A DNA stretch of 64,000 nucleotides from Clostridia bacterium (lineage in GTDB: Bacteria; Bacillota; Clostridia; Oscillospirales; UBA644). Position 1 is the first letter of the stretch, and every line of letters begins with the position of its first letter. Position numbers and translations under genes: made by a program. Below, piece by piece: positions 57,511-64,000 of this stretch. The notes beneath the pieces were generated by a model. The model saw only the letters and a list, made by a program, of their open reading frames with translations, was not told where the DNA came from and searched no databases. The stretch spans positions 20,855 through 84,854 of the forward strand of contig JAGAPC010000038.1 of the NCBI GenBank assembly GCA_017623475.1. The letters run 5' to 3'.

Positions 57511-57726
57511 TTATTCGCCGATTTGAGATTCGTCGCCCTCGCAATAAACGGCTTTGCCCTCCGCAAAGGCGTTGACCGCCATTTTAATGGGCTTTTCGGA
57601 AAGACGTTCCTTGCTGTTGTTGGCGCGCTCCGCGATGGTGCGGGCTTCCTTTGCCACGGCGATGACCAAGGAATAACGGCATTGTTTTTCTTCTTTGATG
57701 AGATTGCTGACTGCAGGGTAAATCAT
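57511..57726 (-). CDS. rpoZ: RNA polymerase omega subunit
   Basis: RYSLVIAVAKEAR...KPI..A; between gmk and priA. Confidence 0.9.
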   Translation of the reverse strand: MIYPAVSNLIKEEKQCRYSLVIAVAKEARTIAERANNSKERLSEKPIKMAVNAFAEGKAVYCEGDESQIGE

Positions 57727-57761
57727 GATGTATGCTTCCTTTCAGAAATGAAAATCAAAAA

Positions 57762-58331
57762 TTAAAGATCGGCGGTTTCGGCAAGATAGATCCGGTTCAA
57801 TTCTTCCCGGGCTTCTGCCAAATCGTCGTTGATTACGGTGTACTGATAATCGCCCTTGTGGGTCAATTCCTCCTCCGCCTGACGGAGCCGGCGGAGAACC
57901 ACGTCCTCCGCTTCGCTTTTCCGACCCCGGAGACGTTGTCCGAGAAGCTCCAGAGACGGCGGAGAGATAAATACGGTAACGGCGTCGGGATATTGGGCGT
58001 AGGCGTCCTGCATCCCTTGGGTTTCGATTTCCAGAATCACGCTGCGTCCGGCGTTTAACGCGTCTTCCACCGGCTTGCGGGGAGTTCCGTAGATGTTGCC
58101 GCAATAACGCTTGTACTCGATAAAGGCGTTTTCGGAAATCATTTGCTCGAATTTTTCGTGGGTCAGAAAATAGTAGTGAACGCCGTCCTGCTCCAACCCC
58201 TCCCGGGGTGCCCGGGTAGTGGCGGAAATGGAATAAAACACGTCGGGGTGGCGTTGCAAAAGATCGGAAAGAAGGGTTCCCTTTCCGCTGCCGGAGGGAC
58301 CTGAAATGATAAACAAACGGGGTCTGCTCAT
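57762..58331 (-). CDS. gmk: Guanylate kinase
   Basis: [22 protein letters not shown]. Confidence 0.96.
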   Translation of the reverse strand: MSRPRLFIISGPSGSGKGTLLSDLLQRHPDVFYSISATTRAPREGLEQDGVHYYFLTHEKFEQMISENAFIEYKRYCGNIYGTPRKPVEDALNAGRSVILEIETQGMQDAYAQYPDAVTVFISPPSLELLGQRLRGRKSEAEDVVLRRLRQAEEELTHKGDYQYTVINDDLAEAREELNRIYLAETADL

Positions 58332-58606
58332 GCCTCTTCTCCTTCCGAATCGTCGTGATCCAAGGGATTTACCGCACCGGGAACGCGGTTGACGATGGTT
58401 TCGTGCTGAAGGGCGCTTAAAATTACGTGACCGCTGTCAGTAATGACCACGGCGCGGGTGCGGCGTCCGTAGGTGGCGTCCACCAAGGTCCCCTTATCAC
58501 GGGCGTCCTGCACCAGGCGCTTGATGGGGGAAGAATCGGGAGAAATGATGGCGACGATGCGATTGGCGGCAACCACGTTGCCGAATCCGATACTGATCAA
58601 CTGCAT
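58328..58606 (-). CDS. remA: DUF370 / RemA-family protein
   Basis: [28 protein letters not shown]. Confidence 0.93.
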   Translation of the reverse strand: MQLISIGFGNVVAANRIVAIISPDSSPIKRLVQDARDKGTLVDATYGRRTRAVVITDSGHVILSALQHETIVNRVPGAVNPLDHDDSEGEEA

Positions 58607-58618
58607 AACGACTCCCCC

Positions 58619-59497
58619 TTACTCGATATTCTGAATCTGTTCCCGAATCTTTTCGATGAGAGATTTCATCTCAATGGCGATGCGGGTGACGTCCAGATCC
58701 CCGATTTTGGATGTGAGGGTGTTCACTTCCCGATTTAATTCCTGCACGATAAAATCCATTTTTTTGCCGTTGGAAATTCCCTTTTCGAGCATTTCCTTCA
58801 ACGCGGCACAATGGGAACGGAGACGAACCAATTCCTCGTCCACGGCGGTCTTGTCCGACATGATGGCAACCTCGGTCAAAAGGCGTCCTTCCTCCACGGG
58901 ATGCTCGCCCAACAGCTCCTCCATGCGGGTGCGCAGGCGGGTTTCGTAGGCGGAGATCAACGCGGGGAGATGGGCTTCCACCCGTGCTGCAAGGTCGGTC
59001 AGTTCCCCGCACTTGGCAATAATGTCGTCGGCAAGGCGCTGTCCCTCGGCTTCCCGCTGGGAAATAAAGGCGGCGACGGCTTCTTCTACCACAGGTTGAA
59101 TATCCTTCCACGCTTCGGCGGCGTCTTCCTCCCCTGCGTCGGCGGAAAGAACCGACGGAAGGCGGAGAACGGTCGATGCGGTCAGGTCGTCTTTTAATCC
59201 GAATTCCTCGGCGGCGGAGCGCAGGGCGGTCAGATATTTGGAAAGAAGCTCCCGATCCACGGAAACGTCGGTGTCATCTCCCTCTTCCCGCTTGACGGTA
59301 AGGTTCAGATCCACCTTTCCTCGGACGATGGAACGGCGAAGCTCTGCCCGAATGGGGTCTTCCAGCGAAAGATAGGCACGGGGGATGCGGGCGTTGAGTT
59401 CAAAATAACGGTGGTTGACCGCTTTAATTTCCACGGTAATATCCCGCGAACCGAGAACCCGCTGTGCCCTGCCGTAGCCGGTCATACTGCGAATCAT
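58619..59497 (-). CDS. yicC: YicC/YloC-family endoribonuclease
   Basis: MIRSMTGYG, VNHRY, EELVRL.SH, QELNREVNT, KIREQIQNIE. Confidence 0.95.
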   Translation of the reverse strand: MIRSMTGYGRAQRVLGSRDITVEIKAVNHRYFELNARIPRAYLSLEDPIRAELRRSIVRGKVDLNLTVKREEGDDTDVSVDRELLSKYLTALRSAAEEFGLKDDLTASTVLRLPSVLSADAGEEDAAEAWKDIQPVVEEAVAAFISQREAEGQRLADDIIAKCGELTDLAARVEAHLPALISAYETRLRTRMEELLGEHPVEEGRLLTEVAIMSDKTAVDEELVRLRSHCAALKEMLEKGISNGKKMDFIVQELNREVNTLTSKIGDLDVTRIAIEMKSLIEKIREQIQNIE

Positions 59498-59533
59498 AAA
59501 GCACCTCGATAAATATTATATATTATTTAATCT

Positions 59534-59562
59534 ATTATAAACTCCAAGCGTAGGTTTGTCAA
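59534..59562 (-). promoter_or_regulatory. SigA promoter of yicC-gmk operon
   Basis: Minus strand TTGACA-17 bp-TATAAT. Confidence 0.85.
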
Positions 59563-59702
59563 TCCCTTTTTTCTTTTTTTTCACAAACATTTCACTCTTT
59601 CGAAACAATGAGACGCGACGCAATTTTGCATTTTTGAAAGAAAAAGAAACAAAAAGCAAAAGAACGAAACTCCCGATTCCTCAAAAGTCTCGTTCCTTAT
59701 TT

Positions 59703-59783
59703 GCATTTTGCGTTGCCTCCCCCACGCCTCAGAGGCGAGGGGGGGGGACCATCCGCAGGATGGTGGTGGGGGCAGCATTTTGC
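59703..59783. repeat. Small GC-rich double-hairpin element (REP/MITE-like) flanked by 9-bp direct repeats
   Basis: GCATTTTGC at 59703-59711 and 59775-59783 bracket a 63-bp insert with hairpins CGCCTC-a-GAGGCG and ACCATCC-gca-GGATGGT. Confidence 0.6.
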
Positions 59784-59785
59784 AT

Positions 59786-60820
59786 TTATAAAAGTCGTTT
59801 TAGGACGTCGGGGAGAAAATCCCGAAAGGCGGCGGGGACGGCGTAGGTCGTTTTCAGTTCTTCCCCGGTAACCCAAAGAAATCCGGGAGGAAGATCGGGA
59901 GAATCCAGGTTGAAAACCTTGGAATCCATGTGCCATTCGACGTGGGAAAATACGTGTTTTCCCGATCCGAAATCGGACTGCTCTCTCCCGGAAAGATTCC
60001 AGCAGGACAGATCAAAATCCGAAAGCTCGTTGGGGAATTCCCACAGCCCGGAAAGAAGTCCTTTTTGGGGGCGGCGGCGCAACGCAACCTTTCCGTCCCG
60101 GAAAAGGAAGTACACGGTTCGCTGCTCGATCCGGCGGGGCTTCGCTTTCGTTTTTACGGGAAGCCGGTCAATGAGTCCTTGCTCTTTTGCAACACAAAGA
60201 CAAGAAACGGGGCACCGTTCACACAAGGGCGCTCCGTTGGGCAGGCAGACGGTAGCCCCCAGCTCCATCAACGCTTGGGTGTATTCGGAAGTCTTCCCCT
60301 GCGGCATGGCGCGGCGCAGACAATCCCGACAGGCCTTTCGGGTCGGCTCTGCCATGATATCGGAAAAATCCCCCAAGATCCGCGTCCAAACCCTCAATAC
60401 GTTTCCGTCCACCGCAGGCTCGGGATTTCCGAAGGCGATGGAAGAAATAGCGCCGGCAGTATAATCGCCGATTCCCGGGAGGGAACGGATGGCGTTATAA
60501 TCGGAGGGAAAAACGCCGTCGTATTCTTCCATAATTTTAATTGCCGCTTTTTTCAGATTTCTTGCCCGGGAATAATATCCCAAGCCTTCCCACAGCTTCA
60601 TCAGCTTTTCGTCGTCGCACCGAGCAAGGTCGGACAGGGTGGGAAGGACGGTCAAAAACCGTTCGTAATAGGGAATCACCGCAGAAACCCGCGTTTGCTG
60701 AAGCATAATTTCCGAGATCCACACGTGATACGGCGTGGGATCGTCCCGCCAGGGCATGGAACGGGCGTGTTGGGAATACCACGCAAGCAGCGGGGCGGTG
60801 CAGTCGTTGAATCGGTTCAT
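59786..60820 (-). CDS. mutY: A/G-specific adenine glycosylase
   Basis: WISEIMLQQT, WEGLGYYSRARNL, LPGIGDYTA, VDGNV, Fe-S Cys motif, HVFSH. Confidence 0.96.
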   Translation of the reverse strand: MNRFNDCTAPLLAWYSQHARSMPWRDDPTPYHVWISEIMLQQTRVSAVIPYYERFLTVLPTLSDLARCDDEKLMKLWEGLGYYSRARNLKKAAIKIMEEYDGVFPSDYNAIRSLPGIGDYTAGAISSIAFGNPEPAVDGNVLRVWTRILGDFSDIMAEPTRKACRDCLRRAMPQGKTSEYTQALMELGATVCLPNGAPLCERCPVSCLCVAKEQGLIDRLPVKTKAKPRRIEQRTVYFLFRDGKVALRRRPQKGLLSGLWEFPNELSDFDLSCWNLSGREQSDFGSGKHVFSHVEWHMDSKVFNLDSPDLPPGFLWVTGEELKTTYAVPAAFRDFLPDVLKRLL

Positions 60821-60941
60821 GTCGTCCTCCGTATAAAGATTTTTGCAACTTCATATAATAGAATCAGAAAATTTTTCTCTCTTTCCCATATAAGTATAGC
60901 ATAATTTAACGGAAAATTCAAGAGTTTGACAATAAAACCTC

Positions 60942-60970
60942 TTGACAAACCGTGGAAGAAATGGTAAAAT
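60942..60970 (+). promoter_or_regulatory. SigA promoter of the riboswitch-ATPase transcript
   Basis: TTGACA-17 bp-(TG)TAAAAT. Confidence 0.8.
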
Positions 60971-60976
60971 AATACG

Positions 60977-61116
60977 GTAAAAGGGAGTAGCTGGGAGCCG
61001 TTGGCTCTTTTGCGAACCGTCAATACGGACGTTTTTCGTCCCGGTTCGCAGGTACTGCAACGTATCACGCGAGACTTTTGCAGTATAAACACGGTACTGC
61101 AAAGGTCTTTTTTATT
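60977..61116 (+). ncRNA. yybP-ykoY (Mn2+) riboswitch with overlapping intrinsic terminator
   Basis: AAAGGGAGTAGC ... CCGTCAATACGG ... CCGG ... GCGAGACTTTT signature; terminator AGACTTTTGCAGTA/TACTGCAAAGGTCT plus T run; upstream of a P-type ATPase. Confidence 0.88.
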
Positions 61117-61160
61117 TTGAGAGAAAAAAATTTACATAAACGAAAGAAAGGTTTGTGAAA

Positions 61161-63791
61161 ATGAAACACTATTTTGAAACCACACAGTCGGTACTCAACG
61201 AGGTCAATTCCACCGAAAACGGTCTGACCTCCCAACGTGCCGCGGAGCTGGGAACCGGGAAAAACAAATTGGCAGAAGGGAAAAAGGTCTCTCTGTTAAT
61301 GCGGTTTTTCAATCAGCTGACCGACCCGATGATCATCATCCTTTTAGCGGCGGCGCTGATTTCGGGGGTTACCTCCTTCCTCGGTCCCGAACCGGAATTC
61401 CCCACCGACACCATCATTATTCTGTTCGTCGTTCTGCTGAACGCCATTTTGGGCGTGATTCAGGAAAGCAAGGCGGAAAAAGCCCTGGAAGCCTTGAAGG
61501 AAATGACCGCCGCCACGTCGAAGGTCCTGCGGGACGGAGAAATGATCCACGTCAAGAGTGAAGATCTGGTCGTCGGTGACGTGATTCTGCTGGAAGCAGG
61601 CGACGCCGTTCCTGCCGACGTCCGGATTTTGGAATCTGCGTCCATGAAGGTGGAGGAAGCCGCCCTGACGGGGGAATCCAACGCAATCACGAAGACCTCC
61701 GACGTTCTTCCCAAGAGTGGCAAGGACTGTCCTCTGGGCGATCGGAAAAATATGGCGTATATGGGAAGCACCGTGGTTTACGGCCGCGGAAAAGCCGTGG
61801 TTACCGCCATCGGTATGGATACGGAAATGGGTAAGATCGCCTCGGCGCTGTCCCAGGCGGAGGACGAACAAACTCCGTTGCAGAAGAAGCTGGCTCAATT
61901 AAGCAAGATCCTGACCTGGCTGGTTCTCGGAATCTGCGTATTCATTTTTGCTTTTACCATCATTAAGGATTCGGGCACTATCTTTGCCGATAGCGCCGTC
62001 AACTGGATGATGATGCTTGATACCTTTATGATCGCCGTTTCCCTGGCGGTTGCGGCAATCCCCGAAGGGTTGGCAACGGTCGTTACCATCGTTCTGTCCA
62101 TCGGCGTTACCAAGATGTCCAAGCGCAACGCCGTCATTCGGAAGCTGACCGCCGTGGAAACCTTGGGCTGTACCCAGGTTATCTGCTCCGACAAGACCGG
62201 AACCTTGACCCAAAACAAAATGACCGTCGTGGATCATTACGGCGAAAACGAAGCCCTGCTGGCAGAGGGAATGGCGCTCTGCTCCGACGCGGAATGGACC
62301 GATCACGGGGCGGACGGAGAACCGACGGAATGCGCCCTGGTCAACTACGCCGCAAGCCTGAATCTGAAAAAGCCCGATTTGAAGGAAAAGTCTCCCCGAA
62401 TCGGCGAAGCCCCCTTCGACTCCTCCAGAAAGATGATGTCCACCGTTCACAATACTGCGGGAGGCATCGTTCAATACACCAAGGGTGCGCCGGATATTAT
62501 CCTCTCCCTTTGCACCACGGTGCTGAAGGGCGGAACCCGCGTACCTTTGACGGAAGAATTGAAAAATGAAATTCTTTCCGCCCAAAAGGAAATGTCCGAC
62601 CGCGCGCTTCGGGTATTGGCGCTGGCGATGAAGCCCCACGCCGCAGAGCCCGCCTCTTACGAGCCGGAGGATCTGGAACAGGATCTGACCTTCGTGGGAT
62701 TGACCGGAATGATCGACCCGGTTCGCCCCGAGGTCAAGGCCGCCATCGAAAAATGCCGCACCGCCGGAATCCGTCCGGTAATGATTACCGGCGACCATAT
62801 CGACACCGCCATCGCCATCGCGAAGGAATTGAACATCCTTTCCGACGCTTCCCAGGCAATTACCGGTGCGCAGCTGGATGAAATCCCCGAAAGCGAATTT
62901 GAATCGATCGTTGAAAAATACTCGGTTTACGCCCGCGTACAGCCCGAACACAAGGTTCGCATCGTAAAAGCGTGGAAGGCGAAAGGAAAAGTTACCGCCA
63001 TGACCGGAGACGGCGTCAACGACGCGCCCTCCATCAAGAGCGCGGACATCGGCATCGGCATGGGAATTACCGGAACCGACGTTACGAAAAACGTCGCCGA
63101 TATGATCCTTGCGGACGACAACTTCTCCACCATCGTCACCGCGGTGGAAGAAGGACGGAAGATCTACGACAACATCCGCAAAGCCATCCAATTCCTGCTG
63201 GCGTCCAACCTGAGTGAAGTAATCTCCATCTTCACCGCAACGATCCTCGGATTTACCATCCTTCATCCCATTCACATTTTGTGGATCAATCTGATTACCG
63301 ACACCTTCCCCGCCCTTGCCCTGGGTGTGGAAAAGAGCGAGCCTGACATCATGAACCGCAATCCCAGAAACTCCAACGAAGGAATCTTCTCCGGCGGCGT
63401 AGGGGTTGACGTGGTTTATCAGGGACTTTTGGTTTCGGTTTTAACCCTGGCGTCTTATTTCCTCGGAATCGTTGAATCCCACGGAGATCCGGAGCACGGC
63501 GTTACCATGGCGTTCTTGACCATGTCTATGGCGGAAATCTTCCACTCCTTTAATATGCGGTCCCAGAGAAAGTCCATCTTCTCCCTGAAGAGTCACAACG
63601 TGATGCTGTTCGGCGCGATGCTGGCGTCCCTGGTGCTGACCACCGCCGTCATCTATATCCCCTTCCTCAAGAACGTATTTGAATTCACTACCGTTTCTGC
63701 GGCAGAATACTTCACTGCGATGGGGTTGGCGCTTTTGGTGATCCCCGTAGTGGAAATCGTGAAATTCGTCCAACGGAAGCTCGGCAAATAA
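61161..63791 (+). CDS. P2A-type cation (Ca2+/Mn2+) transporting ATPase
   Basis: TGES, IPEGL, DKTGTLT, KGAP, TGD, GDGVND, WINLITD; start 61155 (GTG) or 61161 (ATG). Confidence 0.95.
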   Translation: MKHYFETTQSVLNEVNSTENGLTSQRAAELGTGKNKLAEGKKVSLLMRFFNQLTDPMIIILLAAALISGVTSFLGPEPEFPTDTIIILFVVLLNAILGVIQESKAEKALEALKEMTAATSKVLRDGEMIHVKSEDLVVGDVILLEAGDAVPADVRILESASMKVEEAALTGESNAITKTSDVLPKSGKDCPLGDRKNMAYMGSTVVYGRGKAVVTAIGMDTEMGKIASALSQAEDEQTPLQKKLAQLSKILTWLVLGICVFIFAFTIIKDSGTIFADSAVNWMMMLDTFMIAVSLAVAAIPEGLATVVTIVLSIGVTKMSKRNAVIRKLTAVETLGCTQVICSDKTGTLTQNKMTVVDHYGENEALLAEGMALCSDAEWTDHGADGEPTECALVNYAASLNLKKPDLKEKSPRIGEAPFDSSRKMMSTVHNTAGGIVQYTKGAPDIILSLCTTVLKGGTRVPLTEELKNEILSAQKEMSDRALRVLALAMKPHAAEPASYEPEDLEQDLTFVGLTGMIDPVRPEVKAAIEKCRTAGIRPVMITGDHIDTAIAIAKELNILSDASQAITGAQLDEIPESEFESIVEKYSVYARVQPEHKVRIVKAWKAKGKVTAMTGDGVNDAPSIKSADIGIGMGITGTDVTKNVADMILADDNFSTIVTAVEEGRKIYDNIRKAIQFLLASNLSEVISIFTATILGFTILHPIHILWINLITDTFPALALGVEKSEPDIMNRNPRNSNEGIFSGGVGVDVVYQGLLVSVLTLASYFLGIVESHGDPEHGVTMAFLTMSMAEIFHSFNMRSQRKSIFSLKSHNVMLFGAMLASLVLTTAVIYIPFLKNVFEFTTVSAAEYFTAMGLALLVIPVVEIVKFVQRKLGK

Positions 63792-63824
63792 ACTCAAAAA
63801 ACGAGATTATTCGCCCCCTGACCC

Positions 63825-63853
63825 TTGACATTTTTCTGAAAATGTGATATACT
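63825..63853 (+). promoter_or_regulatory. SigA promoter of next gene
   Basis: TTGACA-17 bp-(TG)TATACT. Confidence 0.75.
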
Positions 63854-63895
63854 GTCCATAATCAATTCTGCATTTTCAGAGAAGGATTACCGATC

Positions 63896-64000
63896 ATGAA
63901 AGAACTGTTTAAATTGCGCAATATTTTGTGCTGGATCATTTGCGTGGGCGCCTATTGGATTACCGCGCTTTTGTATCCTTACAATTTCTATTATCAGCAG
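63896..64000 (+). CDS. Start of a hydrophobic (membrane) protein, truncated by window end
   Basis: AAGGA RBS; MKELFKLRNILCWIICVGAYWITALLYPYNFYYQQ... Confidence 0.55.
   Translation, partial: MKELFKLRNILCWIICVGAYWITALLYPYNFYYQQ

Noticed and set aside
59505-59533. AT-rich TATATATTATTTAAT stretch resembling a Bacillota dif site
   Set aside because: Left arm does not match; it is the yicC 5' leader downstream of a SigA promoter

Overview
Chromosomal core-genome region of a low-GC-lineage (Bacillota, Clostridia; probably Oscillospirales-like and spore-forming) bacterium, with no prophage, CRISPR, rRNA or tRNA seen. In order: recJ(3' end)-rel-dtd-MBL-hemZ; rpsU-yqeG; niaR divergent from a nicotinamidase-like gene; a dcw cluster (mraZ-rsmH-ftsL-PBP-murE-murF-mraY-ftsW/spoVE-murG-murA-ftsQ-ftsZ, lacking murD and ftsA); polA-ywlE-rimI; a long minus-strand run degV-metK-lrp-aminotransferase-ispE-alaS-hit-(1411-aa peptidoglycan hydrolase)-PHP; rnfCDGEAB; yigZ; holB-ricT; an orphan mazF; the yicC-remA-gmk-rpoZ-priA-def-fmt-yugP-rlmN-stp-prkC-rsgA-thiN cluster; mutY; and a yybP-ykoY riboswitch-controlled P-type ATPase. 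Most notable: (1) a non-coding DnaA-box cluster built from two copies of the same 3+1 box module, far from any dnaA gene; (2) a membrane-anchored fusion of a DigH-like glycosidase and a zinc amidase; (3) a PrkC kinase with HHD in place of HRD and an acidic, Thr-poor activation loop; (4) unannotated small proteins, one translationally coupled to rnfB and one Cys-rich peptide convergent with mazF; (5) a small hairpin element flanked by 9-bp direct repeats. All calls come from reading the sequence; no database searches were run.
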